Positions 18,028 to 27,681 of a stretch of DNA of 64,000 nt are shown here, piece after piece (the stretch's first letter is position 1; each line of letters begins with the position of its first letter). Position numbers and translations under genes: made by a program. This DNA is from Planctomycetota bacterium (GTDB lineage: Bacteria > Planctomycetota > UBA11346). The DNA lies in assembly GCA_013816485.1 (NCBI GenBank), contig JACDEI010000021.1, positions 3,802 to 67,801 on the forward strand, written 5' to 3'. The notes below the pieces were generated by a model that made no database searches, had not been told where the DNA came from, and saw only the letters and a program-made list of their open reading frames with translations.

Positions 18028-20277
18028 TCACACCACGCACTTCCCACCCGCACACGCCGGATCCAGTTCGACACGCCCGGTGTTGTCGATGGTTTCCAGC
18101 ATCAGCGAGTAGTCGACCGGGACGTATTCGCGTTTGAGGTCTTCCCACAGCTTGCAGTTGTGCACGCGCTTCAAGCAGTAGGTCATGCGGCGCAGATCCT
18201 TGCTGAAGTAGTTCTGAGCGAACTTGTGCGCGCGGCGGACCCAGTCCTTTTGCAGCAGCAGCTTCTTCACTTGCTCCTGCAACGCTTCGAGGTCGTGCGT
18301 GCCGTCGGTCTTCAGGGCCGGCAGATCGAGCGATTTGCCGGTGCCGAGCGCGCAGGCGCAGGCGCCCCACAGGTCGTCGTCGAAGGCGTGTAGGCCGTCG
18401 ACGATGAGTCCCGAGGCGAACAGGCTGCCGACGCCGTATTCCTTGATGACCTCCTCGTGCGTCCACACGGCGCAGAACGGCGCCTGCGGATAATCCAGGT
18501 CGCCGCCTTCCGGCAGCAGCGAGACGCCGGCGAAGGCTTCGCGGTGGTCATAGATGAAGTGCGTGACCTCATCCCATTCGCTGTCGCGCACGGTGATGGT
18601 GTTGCTGACGTTGTGGCGCAGCCACGGCGCAGCGCAGCGTTCCGGGCGACGGCCGGCGTCGACCCAGTGTTCCTGCGTCGACTTCACGTGCTTCAGCAAT
18701 TCGACGGCGCTGAGGTCGTTCTTGGTCCGCGCCTCTTCCGGAACTTCGATGCAGAAGGTGATGATGGCGTCGGTGCCGTTGGGATTCCACACGCTGTTCT
18801 CGACCGCACGGGTGTTGTGCAGTTGGAAGTATTGATAGGGGATCTCGGCCTTGTTGGCTTGGACGCGCCGGAAGTACCGTTTGGCATGGTGCGCGTGGAT
18901 GCCCGACGCGGTGCCCAGGATGCAGCTCGTGGTGCCGGCGGGTTTGACGCAGGTGGCGCGCGCGGCGGGATTGATGCCGAGCTTGGCGGCGAACGCGGCG
19001 TTCACGTCGAGGATCAGCTTCGCCATCTTGGTCTGCAACACGGGATCGAAGGCGATGGTGGGGTTGTCCATCATGCCGGTCATCGAGCAGCCGAGCAGTG
19101 CTTCACGCCGCACGATGCGTTCGGTGGCGGTGCCCAGGTAGTCGAACGAGGTGTATCCCGCCTGGAGCGTGCCGAGGATCGCCGCGGCTTTGCACGCACG
19201 CGCAAAGATTTCCGGCGTGGTGCAGGCCTTGAGGTTCAGCTCGCAGAGGTTGCAGAAGGCCCAACCGCTTTCACCCGATTCCACGTCGACCGGGTACATG
19301 CCGATCTCGACGCAGGGATTGTACATGATCTCGGTCGAGTCGGCCCACACGAAGCCGGGTTCACCGAACTCCTTCACCGAGTGCATCAGCGCGGCAAACT
19401 CCGCGTGGGTGGTCTTGTCGCGTAGCAGCAGCGCCGAGTTGTTGGAACGTCCGCGCTGGGGATTCTTGACGAACCAGTCGCCGGTCTTGGCAGTGGCCAT
19501 CTCCTGATCGTCGGGTGAGAACAGGCAGATGGTGGCGGAGCGGCGCACGCCGCCGGCGAGCACCGCATCGCTCGCGTGCATCAGGATGTCGTAGCAGTCG
19601 ATCGACGGCAGCGCGCAGCGCTGGCCGATGCCAGTCAGGCGTGCGTCGATCAGCAGGCGGATCTGCTCCAGCGAACGCTTGAGTGGGCCTGGGCCTGGGG
19701 CCTTGCCGATGCCGCTCGACAGCGGCGCGCCCATCGGACGGATCTTGGAGAAGTCGAACTTCACCTGTTTGCCGGCATATTCCGGGAACGGCTGATCACT
19801 GACGAAATACGACGACAGCAACACGCCGAGCGCGTCCGACCAGCCTTCGATGGAGTCTTCGATGGTGTAGGTGGCGCGGGTCTTGCCTGGGCGGGCGACC
19901 TCGGGCAGGCGCGCGACGTGGTGGCGCTGGACCGAGAAGCCGACGCCGCAGCCGCACAGCAGCAGCCACAACGCTTCCTGGAAGAAACGCGGACGGTCGC
20001 AGTAGGACACCGTGCAGTTATAGAGCCGCGCGTTCTTGTCGGTGATGGGCTTGCCGCCGAACTGCAATGCACGCTGGCTGCCGAGCACCAGGCGCTCCTT
20101 CATCGCGGCGGTGGCGAAGGCCATCTCCTCGGCGATGGGTTTGCCGGCGTAGGTGGCGGCGTGCATGCCCATCACGCGGTCGACCGCTTCGCTGAAACTC
20201 TCGCGTCGGCAGATGTCCTTGTTCCACCGGGCGTACTTGGTGGTGAAGGTGTAGTCTTGGAGCTGGGCGAGGGTCAT
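18028..20277 (-). CDS. nrdJ: Class II (adenosylcobalamin-dependent) ribonucleotide reductase, RTPR-like
   Basis: YNCT, GVGFS, GGVRRSA, NPCVEI, FCNL, TCVKPAGTTS, C-terminal CAGGKC. Confidence 0.93.
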   Translation of the reverse strand: MTLAQLQDYTFTTKYARWNKDICRRESFSEAVDRVMGMHAATYAGKPIAEEMAFATAAMKERLVLGSQRALQFGGKPITDKNARLYNCTVSYCDRPRFFQEALWLLLCGCGVGFSVQRHHVARLPEVARPGKTRATYTIEDSIEGWSDALGVLLSSYFVSDQPFPEYAGKQVKFDFSKIRPMGAPLSSGIGKAPGPGPLKRSLEQIRLLIDARLTGIGQRCALPSIDCYDILMHASDAVLAGGVRRSATICLFSPDDQEMATAKTGDWFVKNPQRGRSNNSALLLRDKTTHAEFAALMHSVKEFGEPGFVWADSTEIMYNPCVEIGMYPVDVESGESGWAFCNLCELNLKACTTPEIFARACKAAAILGTLQAGYTSFDYLGTATERIVRREALLGCSMTGMMDNPTIAFDPVLQTKMAKLILDVNAAFAAKLGINPAARATCVKPAGTTSCILGTASGIHAHHAKRYFRRVQANKAEIPYQYFQLHNTRAVENSVWNPNGTDAIITFCIEVPEEARTKNDLSAVELLKHVKSTQEHWVDAGRRPERCAAPWLRHNVSNTITVRDSEWDEVTHFIYDHREAFAGVSLLPEGGDLDYPQAPFCAVWTHEEVIKEYGVGSLFASGLIVDGLHAFDDDLWGACACALGTGKSLDLPALKTDGTHDLEALQEQVKKLLLQKDWVRRAHKFAQNYFSKDLRRMTYCLKRVHNCKLWEDLKREYVPVDYSLMLETIDNTGRVELDPACAGGKCVV

Positions 20278-20367
20278 GGCGAGTGGTTCCGGATGAAGGT
20301 GCGGAGAAGCGTGCATGATGGTGGCGTGTGGCCGGAGCAATGACGGACTTTCGGCGCTCGTGTCGGG

Positions 20368-20436
20368 GATTCGACAGCTTTTCGACGGCCGTTCAGGCGG
20401 TTATCGACGAGTTTTCGACACGGGCGTTGTCGAAAA
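20368..20436. promoter_or_regulatory. Phased array of TT(A/T)TCGAC(A/G)-type 9-mers upstream of nrdJ (candidate operator)
   Basis: Copies at 20368, 20379, 20401, 20412 and an inverted copy at 20428-20436. Confidence 0.55.
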
Positions 20437-20446
20437 GTGTCTTCCG

Positions 20447-20544
20447 CTGGGGGCGTGGGCGGCCCGCCCGCGCGGCTTTGGTGAATCCCTTGAGCCACAG
20501 GTCCTTCTTGAAGGCCGCGCGGGCGGGCCGCCCACGCCCCCCAG
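20447..20544. repeat. REP/REPIN-like element, second copy
   Basis: CTGGGGGCGTGGGCGGCCCGCCCGCGCGGC ... GCCGCGCGGGCGGGCCGCCCACGCCCCCCAG. Confidence 0.88.
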
Positions 20545-20562
20545 GGGACAGCCTATCGCGCT

Positions 20563-21135
20563 CTACGCTTTCAATTTTTCCAGCGCCGCCGCGGACGCCT
20601 CGAACACCTGCTGGTGCAGCGAATTGCCGTGGCTGTCCATGGTGACGATGCAGGGGAACTTCTCGACCCACAGGTGCCAGATGGCTTCGGGGCTGCCCAG
20701 GTCCATCCAGTCGACGCCGTCGACGCGGGTGATCTTTTCTGCCGCGACCTGCGCTGCGCCGCCGATGGCGTGCAGGTAGACGCAGCCGTACTTCACGCAG
20801 CCTGCAAGCGTCTTCGGGCCCATGCCACCTTTGCCGATCACGCCACGGATGCCGTGGTCGCGCATGACCTCCCATTGGTACGGCTCTTCACGCGACGAGG
20901 TCGTGGGGCCGGCACCTTTGCACAACCACTTGTCGCCGTCCTTCACCATCACAGGACCGCAGTGGTAGATGATCTGTCCCGCGAGATCGACTGGCGGCTT
21001 TTCGCCATGGTGCAGGCGGTGATGGACCGCGTCGCGTCCGGTGTAGAGGCGACCGGTGATCTCGACGGTGTCGCCGACTTTCAGCGTGCGGATCTGGGCT
21101 TCGGTGATGGGCGTGGTGAGCGGGATGACGGCCAT
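20563..21135 (-). CDS. Fe-S hydro-lyase (fumarate hydratase/tartrate dehydratase) beta subunit
   Basis: TGRDAVH, YHCGP, AGPTTSSREE, GKGGM, MDSHGNSL. Confidence 0.95.
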   Translation of the reverse strand: MAVIPLTTPITEAQIRTLKVGDTVEITGRLYTGRDAVHHRLHHGEKPPVDLAGQIIYHCGPVMVKDGDKWLCKGAGPTTSSREEPYQWEVMRDHGIRGVIGKGGMGPKTLAGCVKYGCVYLHAIGGAAQVAAEKITRVDGVDWMDLGSPEAIWHLWVEKFPCIVTMDSHGNSLHQQVFEASAAALEKLKA

Positions 21136-21142
21136 AACTACC

Positions 21143-22033
21143 TCAGTAGATCCAACGGGTGATGGAACCATCGGCGGCGAGATTCACGCCCTGCCGCCGG
21201 AACGCCCAGCACATGTAGCTGATCGAGACGAAGAAGGACGCGGGCACGCGATTGAGTTTGCCGACCTTGCAGCCGAGCAGCGTGGTCTTGCCGCCGAAAC
21301 CCATCGGACCGATTCCGGACTGGTTGGCTTTTGCGACGATGGATTTTTCCAACTCGGCGAGCACGGGATCCGGATTGGTGTCATCGAGCAGACGCAGGAG
21401 CTGATGTTTGCCCCAGGCCATGCCACTGACGCGGTCGCCGCCGATGCCCACACCGAGGATGCCGGGACCGCAGCCATGGCCCTGGGCCTGCAGCACGCAG
21501 TCGAGGATGGCGTTCTCCACGCCCTTCAGATCGCGTCCGCCGAACTTGGGATTGGGCAGGGTGTAGGTTACGCCGACGTTCTCGCAGCCACCGCCCTTGA
21601 GCATCAACTTCACTTCGACGTGGTCTTTGCGCCACTGATGGAAGTGGAAGTCCGGCGTGCCCGGTCCGACGTTGTTACCGCTATTTTTCCCGGTGATGCT
21701 GTCGACCGAGTTCTGGCGCAGGTACCCTTTCGTCGTGGCCTCCTTCACCGCTTCGATAAAGGTCTCCTCGAACTCGATCTGGTCGTAACCGACCGGCGTA
21801 TGCACATAGACCAAGATCGAACCGGTGTCCTGGCACAGCGGTTGGCTCTTGGTCTTGGCCAAGCCGATGTTGCAGTCGATCACGTCGAGGGCGTAGGCGG
21901 CGTTGGTGCCGACCTCTTCGACCTTGCGTCCAGCGTCGACCGCGGTGATTACATCGCGTGGCAGCACGGTGGAACTCACGCGGATCAGTTCGACCAGCGA
22001 GGCTTGCAAAGCGGTGGTGGTACTGGTGCTCAT
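21143..22033 (-). CDS. Fe-S hydro-lyase (fumarate hydratase/tartrate dehydratase) alpha subunit
   Basis: PLCQDTG, KGGGCEN, GCGPG, GIGPMGFGG, MCWAFRR. Confidence 0.95.
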   Translation of the reverse strand: MSTSTTTALQASLVELIRVSSTVLPRDVITAVDAGRKVEEVGTNAAYALDVIDCNIGLAKTKSQPLCQDTGSILVYVHTPVGYDQIEFEETFIEAVKEATTKGYLRQNSVDSITGKNSGNNVGPGTPDFHFHQWRKDHVEVKLMLKGGGCENVGVTYTLPNPKFGGRDLKGVENAILDCVLQAQGHGCGPGILGVGIGGDRVSGMAWGKHQLLRLLDDTNPDPVLAELEKSIVAKANQSGIGPMGFGGKTTLLGCKVGKLNRVPASFFVSISYMCWAFRRQGVNLAADGSITRWIY

Positions 22034-22121
22034 GACACGACCTCGGGCGGGACGCGCATGGTGGCCGCGTGGTCGGTGGTGCAACCTGTGCCCGCACCAC
22101 CCGCAACCCGTGAACGTCGCG

Positions 22122-22721
22122 TCAGTACTTCCCGGCCCAGCGTTTTGCGCCGCCCTGGGTATCGAGCGCCAAGCGTGCGGCCGCTGAACGGGCGACCCAT
22201 ACCGCGGCCGCCGTACGGTCGGCCCGGGCTAGGCTGATCAGCAACGCGTCGATCGCGCGCCGGTCAAAGTTTTCCGCGTCGATGATCGGCAGGGCGTAGG
22301 CTTGGTCTTCTTTCGTCACCTGTGGATTGGCCGCTACCAGGCCGTCATCGAGCACCACCGCTTGGCTTTGCAGGAACAAGGCCTTGAGCACCGGCCAGCG
22401 GTCGCGGCGGATGGCGACCTGACGCGGCGGTTGGTAATGATCGCGCACGTTGCCACCGACCAACCAGGAGGCGATGCGCGTCATCTCCTCGTTGCTGTTG
22501 GGCAGGACCAGTTCCTGCGGATTGCGCGCCAAGCCGTGGACCAGGTCTTCGATGAACCACGTCACCAGATCGATGTCATCGTTGCGCACGCCGCGGGTCT
22601 CGCCGCAGCCGCCCAGCAGCAACGGTGAACTGACAAGCGCCGCCAACAACATGCGGCGGGTGAGTGCGCCGGCGTGATGATCAGCGGTGGTGGGCGACGG
22701 CCTGCACGGCACCGGACTCAC
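22122..22721 (-). CDS. Putative lipoprotein (Tat-like RR plus lipobox), DUF1318/YdbL-like
   Basis: TRRMLLAALV...LLGGC; IIDAENFDRR motif. Confidence 0.65.
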   Translation of the reverse strand: MSPVPCRPSPTTADHHAGALTRRMLLAALVSSPLLLGGCGETRGVRNDDIDLVTWFIEDLVHGLARNPQELVLPNSNEEMTRIASWLVGGNVRDHYQPPRQVAIRRDRWPVLKALFLQSQAVVLDDGLVAANPQVTKEDQAYALPIIDAENFDRRAIDALLISLARADRTAAAVWVARSAAARLALDTQGGAKRWAGKY

Positions 22722-23548
22722 GGCATCAGTTCCACACCGGCAGCGGCCATGCGGGTGATGAGCGCGGCGTGGTCATCCCGTTTGGAATACACCAGCCCCA
22801 GACACCGCCCGCCTGGGGAATTGAAGCGCAGCGGTCCGCCTGCGAGATCAGTGACCGTGCCACCGGCACCCAGCAGCACCGCGGCCGGTGCGGCAGCGTC
22901 CCATTCGGCCAACGGACGCGGATGGACGTAGAGTCCGGCGTGGCCGCTGATCATGCGCCAGACCTTCACCCCGACCGAGGTCGCGTGCAGTGAACGGAAC
23001 TCCGGCAACGCCGCGGTGACCTTGGCCACCGCCTCGCGGTTGCGTTTGCTCTGACTGGTGATGAGCACGTCCTGATTGGCCGTATCGATGTGCAGTGGTC
23101 GCTGACCGTTGGCATCCAGGATCCAGGCGCCGTGCCCAGGCACGCCGACCAGGCACAGACCCTCCGCCGGCAGATCGAGCACACCCAGGACCAGGACACC
23201 ATCGACCGCCAGCGCCACCTGCACCGCCCATTCGCCAGTGCCGGCGACGTAGTCCTTGGTGCCGTCGATCGGATCGATGATCCACAACCGGCGGTTGCTC
23301 AGGCGTTGGGCGGAATCCGCTTCTTCTTCGCTGAGGATGGCATCGGCGGGGAAGTTGAGCGTCAGGTGTTGCCGCACGATCGCATCGGCGGCGAGATCCC
23401 CAGGAGTCACCGGTGAACCATCGGCTTTCTCCACTGCCTCGATTCCGCCCTGCATCTGCAAGGCGGTGGCGCCGGCTTCGCGTGCGGCGCGGAGGGCGAT
23501 GGAGACTTCATGGGCGTAGGGGACGTGGGCGTAGGGGGACTGGTGCAC
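22718..23548 (-). CDS. cysQ: 3'(2'),5'-bisphosphate nucleotidase / inositol monophosphatase family
   Basis: KADGSPVT, LSEE, WIIDPIDGTKDY, EWDAAA; start uncertain. Confidence 0.85.
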   Translation of the reverse strand: MHQSPYAHVPYAHEVSIALRAAREAGATALQMQGGIEAVEKADGSPVTPGDLAADAIVRQHLTLNFPADAILSEEEADSAQRLSNRRLWIIDPIDGTKDYVAGTGEWAVQVALAVDGVLVLGVLDLPAEGLCLVGVPGHGAWILDANGQRPLHIDTANQDVLITSQSKRNREAVAKVTAALPEFRSLHATSVGVKVWRMISGHAGLYVHPRPLAEWDAAAPAAVLLGAGGTVTDLAGGPLRFNSPGGRCLGLVYSKRDDHAALITRMAAAGVELMP

Positions 23549-23702
23549 GCGCGGTATCGTGGCGGCGGTCAGCGCCTGACCAGCAGGGCTTGCCTGGGTG
23601 AATTTCCAGGTCGTTTCGTGGCTGGTCCCACCGCCTAGGTTGTTTGAATACTCAGCGGTAGCCACCAACTGACCATCTGTTACACCAAAAGAGAGGTGGC
23701 AG

Positions 23703-24905
23703 ATGCGGTTGGGCAGATCAATTCGTTGGGCAGGTCAGCGGCTGTCACTCGCTGGGCGCTGGTGCACGCCTGCGCTCGGGATGTTCCTCGCCGTCGCCAA
23801 CGCCCAGGAGCAGACCTTTGCCGAGGCCATCAACCTGGAGGCGCACGGCTTCGTCAGTTTCGGCTACCTGCGCACGTGGGAGAACAACGTCTACGACAGC
23901 GACACCATCGATGGCACGACCGAGTTCTATGAAGCCGCACTGAATGCTATCGCACGGCCGTGGGAGCGTGTACGGTTGGGTGCGCAATTGTTCGTGCGGG
24001 ATCTGGGACACTACGACAATGGCCAGGTCGAACTCGATTGGGCCTATGCCAATTTCCAGCTGCATCCGTTGTGCGATGTGCAACTCGGCCGGGTGAAGAT
24101 TCCGCTCGGACTCTACAACGAGAGCCAGGACATCGATGCGGCCCGCTCGTCGGTATTCCTCGCCCAATCGGTCTATCCCACCCGCTTGCGCGACCTGTTG
24201 GTCTCGGTCGATGGTGGCAAGGTTTCCGGTCGAGCTGAGCTGGGCGACGCCGGCGCGCTGTCGTACACGGTGTTCGGCGGTACCAAGCATTTCGACCCCG
24301 ATGGTGCCTATGCCACCTACGTCGGTGAAACCTCACGCATGACCGTAAATGAAGCTGCCGTCAATGCCGTCTACGGCGGCATGGCGCAATGGGACACGCC
24401 TGTGCCTGACGTGGCGCTGCGATTCACTGTTTATCAGAGCCGGGATATCCTAGTGGACGGGGTCAGCCTGTTCGGCGCTCAGCCGGTGCATTTCGTCAGC
24501 GATAGCCGCAGCTTAGTCGCGTCGCTCCTATGGGAGCCGATGGACTGGACCTTTGCCGCGGAATACCTGAACATCGCCACCAATGGCGACTCCACCACCG
24601 GAGCCGTCACCCTGCCGTACGAATTCGATTACAATGGTGGGTATGTCAGCGCGACCTGGCATGCGCGGTCGTGGCTCGAGGGCTACGTCGCCTCAGAGTA
24701 CCGCCACACTGAGGTGGCCGGTCGCCCCACCAGGTTCGGTTGGAGCTGGATCGCGGCGATCAACGTGCTGCCGCTGCGAAATTGGAGCCTGAAGGCGGAG
24801 TACCAGTACCAGGACAATGCGGTCGGCGTCCTCGCGCTGGACAATCCGCAGGGTGTGTCGCAGTCGTGGCACCTGTTTGCGCTCAAGACCACGGTCGACT
24901 TCTGA
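23703..24905 (+). CDS. Outer-membrane porin-like beta-barrel protein
   Basis: Signal-like N-terminus, LDWAY, GRVKIPLGLYNE, alternating beta strands, C-terminal Phe. Confidence 0.78.
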   Translation: MRLGRSIRWAGQRLSLAGRWCTPALGMFLAVANAQEQTFAEAINLEAHGFVSFGYLRTWENNVYDSDTIDGTTEFYEAALNAIARPWERVRLGAQLFVRDLGHYDNGQVELDWAYANFQLHPLCDVQLGRVKIPLGLYNESQDIDAARSSVFLAQSVYPTRLRDLLVSVDGGKVSGRAELGDAGALSYTVFGGTKHFDPDGAYATYVGETSRMTVNEAAVNAVYGGMAQWDTPVPDVALRFTVYQSRDILVDGVSLFGAQPVHFVSDSRSLVASLLWEPMDWTFAAEYLNIATNGDSTTGAVTLPYEFDYNGGYVSATWHARSWLEGYVASEYRHTEVAGRPTRFGWSWIAAINVLPLRNWSLKAEYQYQDNAVGVLALDNPQGVSQSWHLFALKTTVDF

Positions 24906-25327
24906 TGCGCGCCACCGTCGCACTCTGCCTGTTGCTGATCAGCACCGTCGCCTCGGCGCAGGTGGCGGTGGTCAATATCGGCGTGCGCGATGCGGTCGAT
25001 CGCGATCACCTGCGTAATATGCTGCTGGGACGCGTCACCACTTGGGCTGACGGGACCCAGGTGGTGCTGATCCTCTCGTCCGATCCCGGCAGTCGCGCCG
25101 CGATTGAGGAACTCACCGGCCGTGACCTCGGCCGCCTGCTGCGTGGGTGGAAACGAATTCTGTTCTCCGGCAATGGTGCGATGCCGATCAGCACGTCGGG
25201 TGCCGACGAAGCGCTGGTGGCGGTGGCCCAACGCCCCGGCGCCATTGCGATTGTTGGTGTTGTGCCTCCGGCAGATCCGCGGATGCGGGTGGCGGTGACG
25301 TTGGATCAGGGGAAAGCGGGTCAGTAG
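24905..25327 (+). CDS. Small periplasmic-binding-protein-like protein
   Basis: TGATG overlap with the porin gene; signal peptide; LLGRVTTWADG...VAQRPGAIAIV. Confidence 0.75.
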   Translation: MRATVALCLLLISTVASAQVAVVNIGVRDAVDRDHLRNMLLGRVTTWADGTQVVLILSSDPGSRAAIEELTGRDLGRLLRGWKRILFSGNGAMPISTSGADEALVAVAQRPGAIAIVGVVPPADPRMRVAVTLDQGKAGQ

Positions 25328-25350
25328 CGTTGGTTGAAATTTAACCAACG

Positions 25351-25935
25351 CTAGGCCAGGGAACATTCCGGATGGTTTGCCGTGAGAGTCTGCCGCTCCT
25401 GGGTTTCGAGTCTTTCCCACTTGGCCTTGATCAATTCTTGGATTTTCTTGATGGCGGTAGCATGTTCGCCATCGATGTGCTGTGCGAGATATTTGACCGC
25501 CAGCGTAAGCTCGGACTCATTGCCGGTGTAATAAACGCGTAGTCGTTTACGGGCTATGATCTTTTTTATCCGTTCGATGACCGCCAGGACAGCCTGCACG
25601 TCTCCGTATTGTTGAATCAACGTGATGGCGGTCATTTTTTCTGGAAATTTTGGATCCGTCAGTGCGGCAAGGTAGGTTTCTTTGCCGTCTTCTTTGGCGA
25701 TCTGGCCGATGGCATGTAACGCCGAGATCTTAACATCGCTGGATGGATAGTAGAGCGCTTTTCTCAAGGCGGGAAGTGATTTGGCGGTTCCAATCTCCAT
25801 GAGCCGGATTACCGCAAAGTGGGCTACCGTCATTTCTTTGCTGACGGTCAAGGCCGTGACGAGTGAGTCCTCGCGATCAGGATCGAATCCGTTTTGCCTC
25901 AGATACGAGGTCGTGAAGTCGGAGATTCCCCCCAT
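25351..25935 (-). CDS. HEAT-repeat protein, low GC
   Basis: SLPALRKAL, VKISALHAIGQI repeats; AT-richer codons. Confidence 0.7.
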   Translation of the reverse strand: MGGISDFTTSYLRQNGFDPDREDSLVTALTVSKEMTVAHFAVIRLMEIGTAKSLPALRKALYYPSSDVKISALHAIGQIAKEDGKETYLAALTDPKFPEKMTAITLIQQYGDVQAVLAVIERIKKIIARKRLRVYYTGNESELTLAVKYLAQHIDGEHATAIKKIQELIKAKWERLETQERQTLTANHPECSLA

Positions 25936-26001
25936 GCGATTTCCCGTGGAAGTGCTGACGGAGATAGCGAGCCAGCCTTGAATAAACCAAGGCGAGTTGG
26001 C

Positions 26002-27681
26002 TCAGTCGTCGGTCTTCGCCATGCGGATGACTTCTTCCGGCGTGGTGATGCCTTGCAGCGCCTTGCGTGAGCCGTCCATCGACAGGGTATTCATGCCGTT
26101 GGCGATCGCCGCTTTGCGCACTTCGCTGGTCGAGGCCTTGTTGAAGGCGAGGTCGCGGATGGTGCGGTTCATGGTCATCATCTCGAAGATACCGCGGCGG
26201 CCGCGGTAACCGCTGCCCTTGCAGTTGTCGCAGCCTTTGCCGCGTTTGAATTGCTGGTTGGAAAGTTGTTCGGGGCGCAGCTTGAGCAGCTCGATCTGGC
26301 GCGCGTCCGGCATGAACGGCTCCAGGCACTTCGGACAGTTGGTGCGGATCAGGCGCTGGGCCAACACCGCCTGGATCGAGGTGGCGACCAGGAACGGTGG
26401 CACGCCCATGTCGATCAGACGCGTGAGTGCGCTCGGTGCGTCGTTGGTGTGCAGCGTGCTGAACACCAAGTGACCGGTGAGCGACGCCTGAATGGCGATC
26501 TGCGCCGTTTCGGCGTCACGGATTTCACCGACCAGGATGACGTTGGGCGCTTGGCGCAACATGGCGCGCAGGATGCGCGGGAAGTTCATGCCGATCTTGT
26601 GGTTCACCTGGCATTGGTTGATGCCGTTGAGGTGGTATTCGACCGGATCTTCCGCGGTGATGATCTTGCGGTCGATGGTGTTGAGCGTGTGCAGCGTGGC
26701 GTACAGCGTGGTGGTCTTGCCCGAACCGGTCGGACCGGTCACCAGCACGATGCCGTTCGGACGTTTGATCAGGTTGTTGAAGACCTTGAGATCGGTCGGG
26801 TCGAAACCCATGTCGTCGAGCGAAAGCTTGAGGCTGTCGCTGTCGAGCAGACGCATGACCATCGATTCGCCGTGCACCGACGGCAGACACGACACACGCA
26901 GGTCGAGGGGCTTTTCACCGATCTTGACCTTGATGCGGCCGTCCTGCGGCTTGCGCTTCTCTTCGATCATCATGCCGGCCATGATCTTCAGGCGCTGGAT
27001 GACCGGGCCTTGCAGACGTTTTGGCGCGGGGTCCATGGTGAAGCAGACGCCGTCGATGCGGTAACGGATGCGCAGGTGGTCATCCATCGGCTCGATGTGG
27101 ATGTCCGATGCGCGGTTGGTCAGCGCGTTGGTGATGATCTGCTGCACGAACTTGACGATCAGCGCGTCGTCCTCGCCGCCTGCTTCTTCGCCTTTCGCGC
27201 GGTAGCTGATGTCTTGCGACATTTCGCCGAGCATCTGGTCGAGCTTGTTCTCGGTCAGACCCCAGGCTTTCTCGATCGCGGCCTTGATCTGACGTTCGCT
27301 GCCCACGGCGACTTCGATCGCTAGCGAGGTGGAAAAGCGCAGGGTGTCGACCACTTCGAGATCGAGCGGGTTGGCCATCGCCACGGCGAGCGTGCGGCCA
27401 GTCAAGCCGACCGGGAACACCAGTTTTTCGCGCGCCAGTTCCTGCGGCATCAGGTCGATGATCTTTTGCGGCACGTCCATCGAATCGAGATCGTAGAAAC
27501 GCATGTCGAACTGTTCCGCGAGCGCGCGCGCGACGTCTTCCGGCGAGCAGGCCTCGGCCTCGACCAGCAATTGTCCGATCATGCGTTTGTCACCGGCGTT
27601 CTGCTTGTTCAGGGCCACCTTGACCTGCGCGTCGGTCACGGACTCCATCTCCATCAGGATCTCGCCAAGGAACTTGCGCAT
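26002..27681 (-). CDS. pilB: Type IV pilus/T2SS assembly ATPase (PilB/GspE) with MshEN-like N-terminus
   Basis: FLGEILM, ASDIHIEP, GPTGSGKTT, EDPVE, GEIRD, TGHLVFSTLHTN, CPKC/CDNC zinc site. Confidence 0.9.
   Translation of the reverse strand: MRKFLGEILMEMESVTDAQVKVALNKQNAGDKRMIGQLLVEAEACSPEDVARALAEQFDMRFYDLDSMDVPQKIIDLMPQELAREKLVFPVGLTGRTLAVAMANPLDLEVVDTLRFSTSLAIEVAVGSERQIKAAIEKAWGLTENKLDQMLGEMSQDISYRAKGEEAGGEDDALIVKFVQQIITNALTNRASDIHIEPMDDHLRIRYRIDGVCFTMDPAPKRLQGPVIQRLKIMAGMMIEEKRKPQDGRIKVKIGEKPLDLRVSCLPSVHGESMVMRLLDSDSLKLSLDDMGFDPTDLKVFNNLIKRPNGIVLVTGPTGSGKTTTLYATLHTLNTIDRKIITAEDPVEYHLNGINQCQVNHKIGMNFPRILRAMLRQAPNVILVGEIRDAETAQIAIQASLTGHLVFSTLHTNDAPSALTRLIDMGVPPFLVATSIQAVLAQRLIRTNCPKCLEPFMPDARQIELLKLRPEQLSNQQFKRGKGCDNCKGSGYRGRRGIFEMMTMNRTIRDLAFNKASTSEVRKAAIANGMNTLSMDGSRKALQGITTPEEVIRMAKTDD

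Noticed and set aside
18028-20277. Prophage origin of the RTPR-like nrdJ
   Set aside because: No phage structural, integrase or replication genes nearby; codon usage looks host-like.
20280-20445. NrdR boxes or a cobalamin riboswitch upstream of nrdJ
   Set aside because: No match to the AT-rich NrdR palindrome or to recognisable B12-box motifs.
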